From Anolis carolinensis (taxonomy: Eukaryota), in contig NC_085846.1 of assembly GCF_035594765.1 (NCBI RefSeq), positions 13,751,190-13,815,189 of the forward strand: a stretch of 64,000 nt of DNA, read 5' to 3'. Each line of letters starts with the position of its first letter. The stretch's first letter is position 1. The notes below the pieces were generated by a model. The model saw only the letters and a list, made by a program, of their open reading frames with translations. It was not told where the DNA came from and ran no database searches. Below, piece after piece: positions 44,760 through 57,580 of this stretch. The translations under genes and the position numbers were made by a program.

Positions 44760-45640
44760 TCCAAACGATGGGACGCATGCGCTGACTTGCAGACTTGTGA
44801 CCGCAATGGGTAAAGTACGCATGCGTGGATCAGGCGGACTTGACTCGTGTCACCCTTCACAACTCGGACTATGACTGGTTGGCGCAGTCTAGTTGCCAGG
44901 CAGATTTGTTACATTAATTGATTCCGATTTATTTCCGATTCAGGGGAGAAAGAAGGGGGAAAACTTATTCAGATCTACGGCCTAAAGAAAGGAGGCTTTC
45001 GCACTCAAGTAGAGTTAAGAGTGCCTTAATTCCTGTAGTCTATATTGGCTCATTCCTCCTCCCCCCCCCCCATATTATACAGATGGACCAGTCCAATCTC
45101 GTCTAGTGACGTTGTTTCCGATGTAAGCGCCGCATTTCCGGCGGAAATGGAGTGGAAGATTTGGGAATCCGAACGCATTGCGACGTCGAGGTAGTATAAG
45201 CGAGCGCTTCCGGTTGTACACCACCCGCCCTTTTTCTGTGCCCTAGCGTCATTTCCGTGAAGTGGCCTGAAGAATGTTGACTCCAACGTGAGCCCGTAGA
45301 AGCGAAGTAGTTTGCCTTCCTCCCCTCCCTCGCGATGTAATGGGCTGGTTTCCGAGGCAACCGCTGGCTTTGTTTACCTCAAGTTGAAAGCGGTGTCTAT
45401 ATGTTTCCTTCCCCTTGTTTTATTCTCCCAACACAGAAAGACCGAGAAAGAAAGGGAGCGGGCCGAGGAGACGGTAATCCGAGGCCTCTCCATGATATGA
45501 CGAGACATTCTGGAATATGATTAGATGCTTTTAATATTCAGAACGGAAGAGGAAAGCGGCCAGAAAGAGAGAGCGCAGATTCGCGCCTCTCATGAATATT
45601 CATAGCGACGTGCTGAATATTCATGAGAGGATCAATAGCA
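44760..45640 (+). promoter_or_regulatory. CpG-rich promoter of the Cys-rich microprotein gene
   Basis: CpG-dense. NRF1-like CGCATGCG near 44775 and 44818, ETS GCTTCCGG 45206-45213, candidate donor GTAATC at 45474. Confidence 0.6.
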
Positions 45641-45899
45641 GGCAATGGGAAACGGGCCCTCCAGGTGTTTTGGATTCCTACTCCCACCATTCCTAACAGC
45701 CTCAGCCCCCTTCCTTTTCTCCCTCAGCGGCTTAAGCTGGTCAATAGTGACACAAAAGGACTGGATACTTATTAAAGGATTCTGAGGGAAAACCCTCTTT
45801 TTAAAAGAGGGAATTTCGCGGATGGATGGAAGATTAAGAATCTTGTTAATATTCATAATGGAGAGCAGAATTATTATTAAATACAATTATATCCTACTT

Positions 45900-46910
45900 T
45901 TGGGTTGCTGTGAGTTTTCCAGGCTGTATGGCCATGTACCAGAAGCATTCTCTCCTGACGTTTCGTCCCCATCTATGCAGATATTCTCAGAGATTGTGCT
46001 GTATATTGGAAACTTAGGCCAGTGAGGTTTATATATCTGTGGAAGGTCCAGGGTGGGTGAAAGAACTCTTGCCTGTTTGAGGTAATTGTGAATGTTGCAG
46101 TTAATTAACTTGATTAGCATTTAAAAGCCTTGCAGCTTCAAAGCCTGGTTGCTGCCTGCCTGGCGAAATCCTTTGTTGGGAGGTATTAGCTGGCCCTGAT
46201 TGTTTCTTGTCTTGAATCCGCCTGTTTTCAGAATGTTGTTCTTTATTTACTGTCCTGATTTTAGAGTTTTTTAAAAATACTGGTAACCAGATTTTGTTCA
46301 TTTTCATGGTTTCCTCCTTTCTGTTAAAATTGTCCACATGCTTGTGGATTTCAGTGGCTTCTCTGTGTCGTCTGACATAGTTGTTAGAATGGTCCAGCAT
46401 TTCTGTGTTTTCAAATAATATGCCGTGTCCAGGTTGGTTCATTTAGTGCTTTGATATGGGTGACTTCTCTGGTTGAATTAGTCTTCAGTGCCTTTCATGT
46501 TCTTTGATTCGTGTTTGGGTGATGCAGCATTTGCTGGTCCCTATGTAGACTTGTCCACAGCTACGTGGTATACGGTAGACTTCTACAGAGGTGAGGTGAT
46601 CCCTCTTGTCCTTTGCTGAATGTAGCATTTGTTGGGTTTTCTTAGTGGGTCTGTAGTTTGTAGGTTGTGTTTCTTCATCAGCTTCCCTATGCGGTCTGTG
46701 GTTCTCTTGATGTATGGTAAGAACACTTTTCCTCTGGGTGGATCTTTGTCTTTATGCTCATGATTTGTTCTTGGCCTTGCAGCTCTTTTGATGTCTGTGG
46801 TGGATGTCATTGGCCTGTAGAGTCCAGCTTGGGTGATTCAGTTCACCTTGGAGGAGGCAGGGTTCACAGATTGTTTTTGCAGTCTGCCAGGGCTTTAATT
46901 ATGCTTCTTT
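45900..46910 (-). mobile_element. Penelope-like element 3' part with GIY-YIG endonuclease
   Basis: Minus strand reads KVFLPYIK..DRIGKLMKKHNL, VYRIP.SCGQVYIGT and [22 protein letters not shown]; frameshifted. Confidence 0.88.
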
Positions 46911-47451
46911 TTTTTTAACTTAACTTTTCCCCAACCTAAAAAACGATACAATTACAAGACATACAAACCGTAAATATGGCAATCGAATTAGATTAGTTAG
47001 GCTTAGAGTCTGCGAGGAAGAACTAGCAGAGGGAAATACATTTGCTGTGTTGAAAATGAATACTAAACTTCAATAACAGCTGAAATATTCCCTGTTATTA
47101 AAGATCATAGAAGATTGAGGCACATGTTGACACGTTTAATATCTATGTATTTAAAGCGTTAACCAAAAAGTCTCGGAGCCTTGTTTTTTGGCCAGAGTAT
47201 GGTTGAGGGTGCTTTAACATCTTAGTAGAGTGTCCACACACGAAGAAAGTGTGTTAATAAGTAAATCAGAATTTTGTTTGTTTAATTTATCAGACAATTA
47301 TTATTTGGGACAGGTTGATGTGTTCACAGCAGGAAAAGGTAGAATTGTGGCCAGTGATTGTTTGAAATCATTTCTGTATTCCTCCAGGTTTTTTCTTTCG
47401 ACATCCATGGGTCCTCCGTGGGCTGAAGCCTTGTTCCTCCTTTACTAAGGA

Positions 47452-50400
47452 ATGGCAGTAAGTAGATTCAATTTAAAACAGTGAAGGGAGCATATTGCAA
47501 CAACTCTTCTTGATCTTTAAAAGACTTTGTGGGAGCACTATTGTCTATAGGGATGTGAACATGAGTAAGAAGGAGTGAGGCCTGGCTAAAATAGCCCTGG
47601 GGGGCTGTTATGTGGCCCCTGAGCCACAGCTTCTCTACCAGTAAAGTAGGACACTTTTTATTCCTTCAGAGACTCTCTGGAGACAAACTGACCCCAGTGC
47701 TCTTCTCACCAAGCTATAAGGAGTAAACTGGATTGATTACTTGTGATTCATGATATTTAAATACAGACAGTCCCCAAGTTACAAACATTTGATTTATAAA
47801 TGACTCATAGTAAGTAAGTAAAATTTTATTTATATACCGCTCTATCTCCTCGACGGGACTCAGAGTGGTTTCCAACAATAAATTAAAAACAATATACAGT
47901 ACATAGACAGCATAAAAACACATTATTAAACAGGATAAAACCAATTACAAGTAAAATAACAATAAGCAACAGTCACAACAATCTCATAGTTAAGAACAGT
48001 GGTGAGATGACAGGAAGTGAGAGAAATCTACCCATAGGAAGGAAAATTCACTCATGGAAGCGTTGTGTGGAAAGTGGGTCTCCACTGAAGCTTTATCACT
48101 AATCCTTGTTTCCACAATGACCCAAAATACTGAAAATCCAATTCATAACTTGGGGACTGCCTGTACATTAATATTGATAGTTGTGAACTCTCCTTCTTAT
48201 ATATTTGATTACTGTGAAGCATTGTCGATCAGGCATTTCATTTCATTAATCAGCAAGACTTGGGAAGTGATTAGGATCTGTGAAATTATGGGATCCACAT
48301 CTTTGAGGCACGTCATTTCATCTAGAAAGATTAACAGTATAAAAGAAATACAAAATAATTTAAGACCATATTTATAGTTTGGTAAAGTTGTCTTTTAAAA
48401 ATGGACATCTCCAGTATTTCCCTGCAACTATTATGCAGTAAAAAAAAAATCTGGCTACTGGGTGTCACTTGGCTGCCAGCTGAGTGAAGCCCCATATCTC
48501 TAAGAGAGCAAGTGCAGGTGAGTGAACTAATGATGCAACTATTATGTGAGGAATACTAAAATGCCAATTTGGGCACAAAAAATGGGGGTTTGACTATTGA
48601 GTTATGGCAACTATTATGCAATGACGTATGGTAATTGTTGTTTCCATGTAACATTAGAAACTGGATTTCAAAACTCATTCATGCAGTTCCTCTTATACCC
48701 TTTCCTGATACTCTTCACTCTGAAGTATCCCATTCCTCTTTGGCTTTGTTTGCCTTACAGACGCCATCGTTGAACCCTCCACCAGACCTCCCTTTTGCTG
48801 CCACCTTGTTCCTGCCCCTCCCTGCCATCATTTTCTTGGTTGTTGGCTCCTACCTACTACTCCTTGTCCTGGTTCTGGTCCTTCGTCAGTGTCTGCTGGT
48901 AACTAGGGGATCAAATGGAAAAAGCTGGGGAAGAAAGCATAGTATTTCAGAAACTGAAGATATATTTTTGGGACTGCAGCTCCCAGAACTCCCTAACCAT
49001 CCTTGGTGGCCGGCTGTGGGATTCTAGGAGATGTGCCAGTACTACAAGATAACACATCCAGGCTTAGGGGAATTTAGATGAGGAATGATTAATGAGGTTA
49101 GTTTTGATTCCCTTGGTATATTACAACATAGCAGTATGTTATGGTACTCTAGTGAGCAAGCACAATGGGTTGCTAAATTTAAATTGCCGATATTCAGGAC
49201 AGGGCCCCTTTTTGCAGAACTTGACAATAGTATATGACAGCCCCCAAAATATGTATGTAGAAGAAAACACATTGTCTCCTTCCAATTTTCTATTATCAGA
49301 TTGACTTTTCTTCAAATTGCATTAGCCAACATCCATTGTTGCTGACCTGGTAAATCTGGATTACCTGCAGCATGTAAATCCAAGAGATAAAGCATTGATG
49401 CTCAAATCATTAAGAGAGTGTTAAGATGCAGACGTTTTTCCTTTCAAATACCTGGTGAACCAAACTGGGTGTTCCGTTTCTTGTCTTTTCCCCAGGCTAG
49501 AGGTCTTTGTGCCAATTGCTGTTCCTGTGAAAAGCGGACTTGGCCAAACATGTGTGAATGTTGTATGGCTTGTGCAGAGACATGTAACTGTGTACTCCCC
49601 TCCCCAACCCGCTGTCTGGATCACTGCTGTTCCTGCACTAATGTGAGTCTTCTCCTTCTATGTGTCCCCACCTCGACCCCAAATAACTGACTAATTGTTT
49701 AGGAATATCAGTGGTCACAGCTTTTTCTAGGCCTTGCCATCATCAAAGGTGCAGTTAGTGAGGACACGGGAAAGGGCCTTTTTAGTGATTGCTACTGGAG
49801 TGTGACAAGAGGTTTGATTCACCTCCTTTCTGCTCTCTGCAGATTGAGAACTGTTTATGCAGGCAGGCCTTCAACTGATTTCAGCCATGTGGCAGAGAGG
49901 TGTGCAATTGTTTTTGTGTTGTTTGACCTAATCATGTTTTTAACTGCTTTTAATAGAATCTATGTTTAATGTTTTTAAAAGCTTTTGAAATCATACATTT
50001 TGGCTAAAAATTTTATTTAAATTTTGTAAGCTGACTTGGGTCCCTTGTCAGAAGACAATCAAGATATAAGCTGTAACAAAAGATAATACAACTATGTTAG
50101 ATTTAGCTTTGGAACAAGTTTTATTTTCCTTGTTGCTAAGAGTTACATACTTGATTATAGATCTTCACTATCTGAAAAGCAATTAGGTGGTATAGTAATG
50201 GTTGCTTCCAGGCTTCTTCCTTGGGAATAGATTCCCTACCCAATTTAATTCAGAAAGTGGCCTTGGGAAAAATCAGAGGTTGCAGATTTTCATGGCTATT
50301 TCTAGAGCTGCAGTGTAGCATTGAGTAACCAATTAAAATCTTTTTGCTGCACTTAAATTGTTTCCAATTAATGGTACTGCATATTTTTTAAAAGTTGTCT

Positions 50401-51789
50401 ATTTTATAACACAATGTAACAAAATTTGAAAAGTTCTGTCCTGGTTTGAAAGTGTTATTTCCTGTTCAATTGTGCGGTACCTACTTTGAAAGTAACTTTG
50501 TTTTTGTGTGTGAGGGTAGTACTGTTATTTCCTTCAGTGTAGTTACTTTGTTTGTAATTTTCCTTGATGAAAATATGCCATTTTTAACATTTGTGCAACC
50601 GCAAAAACAAAGTTTTTGCAGTGAAATAATTTCCCCCCCATATTTTATGCTAGAACCAATTAGGAAATGACATTTATAACAACAAAAAACATGTTACATA
50701 GTGTAATATAAGTGCAGGTAAACAATCGCTAGAGACCCAGGGCCCTCTACACAGCCATAAAACCCAGAATATCAAGACAGATAATCCCAAATTATCTATC
50801 TTTGAACTGGATTATCTGAGTCCACACTGCCATATATTCCATATGATTTCAAATGATAATGTGGGGTTTTATTGAGCTGTCTGGAAGGGCCCCAGCTTGG
50901 TTTAGTGGTTTGAGCATTTGGACCACAACTCTGGAGGCCAGAGTTTGATTCCCCTCTCAGCTGTTTTAAGAAGCAATGTCCTTCCTCAAAAGAAAATACA
51001 TTCCCTACAGTAAGTGCTTTTAAAATAAGCAAACGTAATCAACCCATTGATAGAACAATTGTATGGGTCTTAATTGATAAACTGAAGCTGCAATATTATA
51101 TGCAACTTTGCCAGGAAGGAGCTGGGCTGCAAAATGTCTTGAAATGGATGGCAGTCCTGGGACAGTAGAAAGTGACTGACTGAGAAATCAGAGTCAGGTT
51201 CTGGCCAGGAGAGCAGCTGGCCAAGCATGAAGAAAATGCATTAAAAAAACAGAGGAGAGCGAGCTTTCTTCAGAGCAGACAATGGGAACTGATTGCCCCC
51301 CCTCCTGGGAGGCTCAAATTCTTTTTGCATGAGGTAATGAAAGCCAGCATGTTGTGCAATAGCAATTATGAGGTCCAAGTGATCAGATAACAAGCCACCT
51401 GGGTCATTTCAAGCAAAGAGACTAAAAAATAAGCAGCGCTTATTGCTTAACAAAAAGGTTGAATCTAAAATCCTATCTTAATCAAAATAATCTACAGCAG
51501 GAAAAGAGGTGGAAGGAATCAAATTGTATTTAAAAGATTTATTGACCATATTTTAATTTTAATAGTCTTGCATTACTGAAATATCATTCCCAATTTTTCG
51601 AAGGTTGGGATATCGATACAGGTGGTACTGCAGGTTAACCAAGTATGATTTCTCTCTTGCTGCCAGGGCTGGGAGACAGGGACGTGCTCCATTCCCCGTC
51701 TGTGTCCTCTCTGTGATTGTGCCTGCACCTACCAGCCCCCAGACTGTCAGAACATCAACTGCATTTGTTTTGAGATCAAATTGCGTTAA
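47452..51789 (+). CDS. Cysteine-rich single-pass membrane microprotein (LOC112694756-like), 137 aa
   Basis: Exons 47452-47457 (MA), 48761-48898 (TPSLNPPPDLPFAATLFLPLPAIIFLVVGSYLLLLVLVLVLRQCLL), 49496-49642 (ARGLCANCCSC..CLDHCCSCTN) and 51667-51789 (GWETGTC..CPLCDCACTYQPPDCQNINCICFEIKLR*), all phase 0 with GT-AG. The C-terminal CFEIKLR and the position next to TLCD3B match human LOC112694756 as recalled. Confidence 0.88.
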
Positions 51790-52530
51790 GGTAGCCCATG
51801 TCTTTAATGAACAAAAATTTGACTGTGCCTCAGAGGCAGTATTTGTCCTGGGGAGGATCTCTTCATGCAAATGGTGACATTTAAAATGGGCATTTGCTCA
51901 AGTTGGCAAAGTTAACTATCCCAAAGCAAAAGGGAGATTTCTTTCTTCTGTTGATTTTTTACAGCTTTTATTTTTGTAATGTATTTGATATTTTTATAAT
52001 AATTGTTGCATTTTATAATAAAGCAAATTGTTTAGCCCCTGTGTCTGTCATTAATAGAGAAGTAAATGGAGGCCATTTGCAGCAGTGAGGTATTTCGTTG
52101 CTAAATTTTGGCAAAAGTTCAGGCATTCTCAGGCACTTTTCTTGGACAGCAAGATCAAAGTTGGATATTTGATGGGCTGAGGTGGATTGGAATAGTACCA
52201 TTGCTAGTACCTGCAATGTTTTTGAAAAAATATCATTCACCAGTCTTCCAGTGAATAAAGGCTTTCTTCCCTGGTCATGTACTGGAGCATTTTTTCACTG
52301 GCATAGGAGATCATGCTACCTGCTGCCTGAAAGTCTGATGTAAGTGATAACTAAAAGTATATGTGATAAGTGTTTAATACTATAAGTAAACACTATACTC
52401 CCCTGAAGAACTAGAAGCTAAAGCAGAAAATAATTTAGAATGTAATTGCCATGCTTATCTACACATTTTAAAGTTTAAATGAATCCCAGATATAACATTA
52501 CTACTTAGGAGAGGGGGGAAAGACATATCC

Positions 52531-52599
52531 ACTTTTAAAATGACATGTATGTTCCATCTTATAGGAGGGAAGATGGAACATACATGTCATTTTAAAAGT
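52531..52599. repeat. Perfect 30-bp inverted repeat with 9-nt loop
   Basis: ACTTTTAAAATGACATGTATGTTCCATCTT-ataggaggg-AAGATGGAACATACATGTCATTTTAAAAGT. Confidence 0.9.
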
Positions 52600-52789
52600 C
52601 ATGGTAATGAGCCACAGCTTTCAACTTTCATTCATGTAAAAAAAACAAACCTAGAAGAGTATACTTTGCATGTTTCTGATAAGATGTAGTCCTTTATATA
52701 GTTCAAGTGGCCAGATCAAGGAGAGAGCCATGTTTGTCACAATCCTATTATCACAACTAGGACTCCTTGAAAGGTCAAAACTAGGGATA

Positions 52790-53240
52790 TCTATATATAT
52801 ATAAAAGAGTGATGGCATCACGGCGCCCCACAAAACAACAAAACTACAGGCCCCCCAACCTTGAAATTTGACAACACAACCCATCATCCACGCCTCTAGG
52901 TTGATACAACAAAAAGAAAAGAAAAAGTCCTAATTAGAGAGAGAGGAATAATTGCTTTTATCCAATTGCTGCCAGTTAGAAGGCTAAGCTCCTTCAACTT
53001 GGTCTCCTAGCAACCCAATAAAAATAATAAAATACACTAAAAATTAATACAATAAAATACTATAATAACAGAAAATAACTAAAAATAATACAAGAAAATA
53101 ATAAAATATAATAAATAAAAATATAACTTACAATAAAATTAATTAAAAATTGCAAATAACGTCAAATAACAATTACACAACAATTTTTAACCAATACCAC
53201 CACCACTTTGCCACAGCAACGCGTGGCCGGGCACAGCTAG
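52790..53240 (+). mobile_element. Non-autonomous Helitron
   Basis: 5' TC(TATATATA..), subterminal hairpin CCACAGCAACGCGTGG, 3' CTAG, inserted between A and T with no TSD. Confidence 0.75.
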
Positions 53241-55669
53241 TGTATATTAAAATTTATTTTCTCACCTCAATGTTTGGTTCTGTTGAGTGGCTTTGCATAG
53301 TTTTACTGCATGTGATCCATCTTTTTGCTTTTGTACTCAACTGTGAATGCAAAAACTGTACTCTCCTTTCTCAAGATGATTTATAACCTTTGTTTTATCT
53401 GATCATTTTTAACTGCATACTCTTAAAGTAACAACATGCTAAAGTAATAACAAAGGGACAGAGATCCCCTTCTCCTTGACAATGGTTGAAGAAAAAGCTG
53501 CACAATATTGGTGTGAGGATAAGTCACAAATCATTCTGAATTGACCATGGAAAGCAAGGAACAAGTGCAAAGAGGTAATGCAGAGAATGGGGGATAAAGA
53601 CACTATTGAATCTGTGCTGTTAGTTGGATTATAGGATCATCTTCCAAGCAGCTAATCTAACTGAGCCTAGATATTTCTGCTTACAGCATGCATTAACACC
53701 CAGGAAAAGAAACAGGTTAATCGGCTTTCGTACTGGCACCAGCCCAGATAGGTGACACTAATTTATCAAGGTAGGCAAAGTTTGCAGTTTTGCTGGCATT
53801 ATGTTTATATTCCTGTTTAAAAATAACTTCATAGATTTGGTTGTAGGTATATAGAGATGCCCCATTCTACTATTTCTTCCATCCACTCTCCTATTGTATG
53901 CATTGGCCAATTATTGGACACTTATATGGTTTCAGCAAGAGATTCAATCTCATGGTTCAACTTCTGGCTTTACTGGCCTTGAAATTATGAAACAGCAGAT
54001 TTCTAACTTTTTTTCCTATTTATAATTTATTGCTTTAATATCCTCCCTTTTCTCTGAGGAACTCAAAATAGTATGCATTTCAATGTGTTGTCGAAGGCTT
54101 TCATGGCCGGAGTCACTGGGTTGCTGTGAGTTTATGCGTTTCCTATCTTATTCCTACAACAGATAGATAGGCTGAGAGAGCCATTGACAGAAGGTTATTG
54201 AGTTTAATGGCTCAGTGGAGATTCCAGCCTGGATCTTGGTCATCTCAGCCCAAGATAAATGACCACTACACCAACCTGGCTTTGATGAATTTCATGGTGA
54301 TGTTGTTCACCATCAAGTCAAAGTCAACTTTTGGCAATCGTATGAATGAGAGGCCTCCAAGGCAACTCTCATCAACTGACTCACTTAGATTCTTCAAACT
54401 GTGTTCTTGATTGAATTAATCCACATATAGAGCAGTCTCTTTGTTACTCACACCTTCTACTTTTTCAAGCATTCTCTTTTCCAAAGTCATGTAGTCTCGT
54501 AACTTCAGTTGGGTCATCTTTATTTCTAGTGAGAGTTTAGGCTTTAATAGCTCTTAGACACATCAGTTGTCTTTTTCGCGGTCTATGATATATGTAGAAC
54601 TCAGCTGCCTCAAACTCAAGACTTCAAATGAGCTGAGCCTCTATCAGGTTCCTTCACTAAATAGCTTTCACACCATACCTGAAAATCATACTATCACAGA
54701 GTTGGAAGGAGCCTCCTGGTATGTGAGGTGCAACCCTGTGGTCAATAAGGATTTTCAATCCTAGCGTCCTCAATAGGGAGCTGCCCAGCCTCTGCTTTAA
54801 CACATCCAAAGAAGGAGACCTCATCTCTCCAGACAATTGGCTCCATTGCCAACATGCTTTTACTGCCAAGAGGCTCCTTCCAATATGCAATCGAAATTGA
54901 CTCTCCTGCAATCAAGCCAGCTTCTTTTAGTGCTTTTGAGTATTAGACTACGAACAGTTTGAATTACCATTCATCTATGAACGCCCTTCGGTTGACTTTG
55001 GGCAAGTCACACTCTTTCAGCTTCAGAGGACGGCAATGGCAAACCTCTCCTGAACAAATCTTGCCAAGAAAATCATGGGATACGTTTGCCTTAGGTCGGA
55101 AACAACTTGAAGGCACACAACATAGCATTTTAACTTTAGTTTAAACTTAGTTATACATATATATTTGTATATATCTTGTTCTTCTATCTCTTTTTCTTTG
55201 AATTCTTTGTGTTGTGAAGTGTGTATTTGTATATATTTAGGTATATGTAGATATATGGTTTAATTTTCTCTCTGTATATATGTGTTTATATCGTGTGTGT
55301 GTATATATACATATATACACACACACATATATATGAAGTTGACTTTTATGGGGCTTAAAAAGGCGTTAGAGTACAGGGATGTACATTGGTGTAATTCTAT
55401 TTTTTTAGATTTGTGTATATATAGAGAGAGAGAGCTCGTCATTGCTTTATATAGCATTTTAATGGTTTATGTAGTATTTTAATTATGTATTTCACATTGT
55501 ATTTAATCTGGTTTTTATGTATTTGTTTGTCCTGTATGTGAAAGGCCTAAGCATTCAATAAACTAGTCCTATATATATATATAGAGAGAGAGGGCGGGAG
55601 GGAGGGAGAAAGAATACACACACACATATACATACATGTATATATGAATACTTTGGCTTTTGTGGGGGC

Positions 55670-55998
55670 TTAACCCCAATGGCGAAGTATGTTAAAGCGC
55701 TGAGCTGCTGAACTTACAGACCGAAAGGTCCCAGGTTCAAATCCCAGGAGCAGAGTGAGTGCCCGCTATTAGCTCCAGCTTCTGTCAACCAGCAGTTCGA
55801 AAACATGCCAATGTGAGTAGATCAATAGGTACCGCTCTGGCGGGAAAGTAACGGCGCTCCATGCAGTCATGCTGGCCACATGACCTTGGAGGTGTCTATG
55901 GACAGCGCCGGCTCTTTGGCTTAGAAATGGAGATGAGCACCAACCCCCAGAGTCAGACATGACTGGAGTTAACGTCAGGGGAAACCTTTATCTTTACT
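55670..55998 (+). mobile_element. Sauria SINE, full length
   Basis: tRNA-like head with B box GGTTCAAATCC, conserved body, ACCTTT-like tail. Confidence 0.88.
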
Positions 55999-56114
55999 TA
56001 AGAGTACAGCAATGTGTATCCTATCCTATCCAATTTGTTGTAGATCCACTCCTTTGGGCTTCACGCAAATCTATAATTTGCCAAAATATACCACCCTGTG
56101 CTTTTCTTTTCCAT

Positions 56115-56402
56115 TTGGTTCTCAACCTGGGGTTCCCAGATATTTTTGGCCTACAACTCCCAGAAATCCCAACTAGTTTACCAGCTGTTTTTCGGGCTGT
56201 ATGGCCATGTTCTAGAAGTATTCTCTCCTGATGTTTCGCCCACATCTCCACACGTCAGGAGAGAATACTTCTAGAACATGGCCATACAGCCTGAAAAACA
56301 TACAATAACCCTGTGATCCTGGCCATGAAAGCCTTCGACAACACAGTTTACCAGCTGTTAGGATTTCTGGGAGTTGAAGGCCCCAAACATCTGGGAACCA
56401 CT
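56115..56402. mobile_element. hAT MITE interrupted by a Penelope mini-palindrome
   Basis: MITE arms of the 27425-27579 family. Penelope insert 56190-56344 is flanked by a 15-bp duplication AGTTTACCAGCTGTT (56175-56189, 56345-56359). Confidence 0.7.
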
Positions 56403-57149
56403 GGACTGTAATCATTAGTTAAGCTGAGGGGGGAATGGAAGGGTCCTGAGGCTGTTAGGAAGGGTCCTCAGGCTCGCTCCCCAGGGAAATCAGGCAAGCC
56501 CCCACCCTGGTAGCATTCAGAAAGAGCTTGAAAACCTGGCTCTTTACTCAGGCCTTTAGTTAAAGATTGCTCACCCCCATAGCAATCTGTATCTGTGACC
56601 ATTCCTGTACCGGTTTACACTTTTACCTATGTCAGCTTGATAAAGACACAGGGTCTATTCCCATCCCAATTTGCACTTCCAAGAATTTGCAGCACTTTAT
56701 CAGTCACCTCGTGTTTACAATATTTATATGGTGCACCTTACCCAGTCTACTTTTACAGCCTCTCCATTTTAATCCATGTTTTTATTAGCTCTTGTCATTT
56801 GTTTTTACTGGCTAATGTTTAAATTTTTATAATTGTGCATGTTTTCTTGTCTATTGTTATGTTTTATATTGCTATTGTTTTTATTCGGGCTTGGCCCCAT
56901 GTAAGCCGCCCTGAGTCCCCTTTGGGGAGATAGAGGCGGGGTATAAAAATAAAGTTATTATTAAAGTTATTATTAGGAATGGTGGGAACTGGAGTCCAAA
57001 ACACCTGGAGGGCTGACGTTTGCCCATGCCTGGTCTCTATATATACACACACATATCTTTCAACAAATAGTTAGAATGACACCATTATACATCCCTTTAT
57101 TCTAAAGCCCCATTAAGCCCCTACTAATTTCTAGGGTGTGGATGGGGTG

Positions 57150-57580
57150 AAGAACGGGCGGAAAAAAGGAGAGCGGCTCCATCTTGGAAACGGGGAGCCA
57201 AAATGGCCGCCCCGCCTTCCCTCGGGCTTCAGGGCCGCCTTTGCCCGCTCCCAAGATGGCCGCCCTTCCTAGGGTGGGAGGGGGCGCGCCGCTTTCCCAT
57301 CAGCCCCGCCGTCGGGAGCGGGAGCTGCTGCTGCCTCTGCTGCCATCGGGACTGCGGGCAGGGATTGGAGGCGGAGGAGGGGAAGGGAAGGGAAGAGAAG
57401 GGGCTCCGGATGGGGAGGAGGGCGGTCCTTCTGGGCGGCAGGGGGCGGGGAGGGGCCTCCATTGTGGCTCGAAGGGGCTGCAATGCAGGGCGGGGGCCTT
57501 CCTTCCTTCCAGGGAACGCGTGAAGGATTGCGGGCTCACGGGGGCTTCTGAAGGCCTGGGCCTCTTGAGCGGTTAGCAGG
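57150..57580 (+). promoter_or_regulatory. CpG-island promoter and non-coding first exon of the Crk-family gene
   Basis: GC/CpG-rich. Two YY1 motifs: CAAAATGGCCGCC (57199-57211) and CAAGATGGCCGCC (57252-57264), plus GC boxes. An acceptor TTTTCAG at 58900 precedes the ATG exon. Confidence 0.7.

Noticed and set aside
44870-44950. Possible Pol III gene (vault RNA or tRNA) suggested by the A-box-like TGGCGCAGTCTAG
   Set aside because: No convincing B box, terminal stem or T-run terminator; no vault RNA could be supported anywhere in the window
57184-57576. ORFs in the CpG island as an N-terminal extension of the Crk protein
   Set aside because: Low complexity and no domain similarity; the Kozak ATG at 58996 matches the usual Crk start just before the SH2
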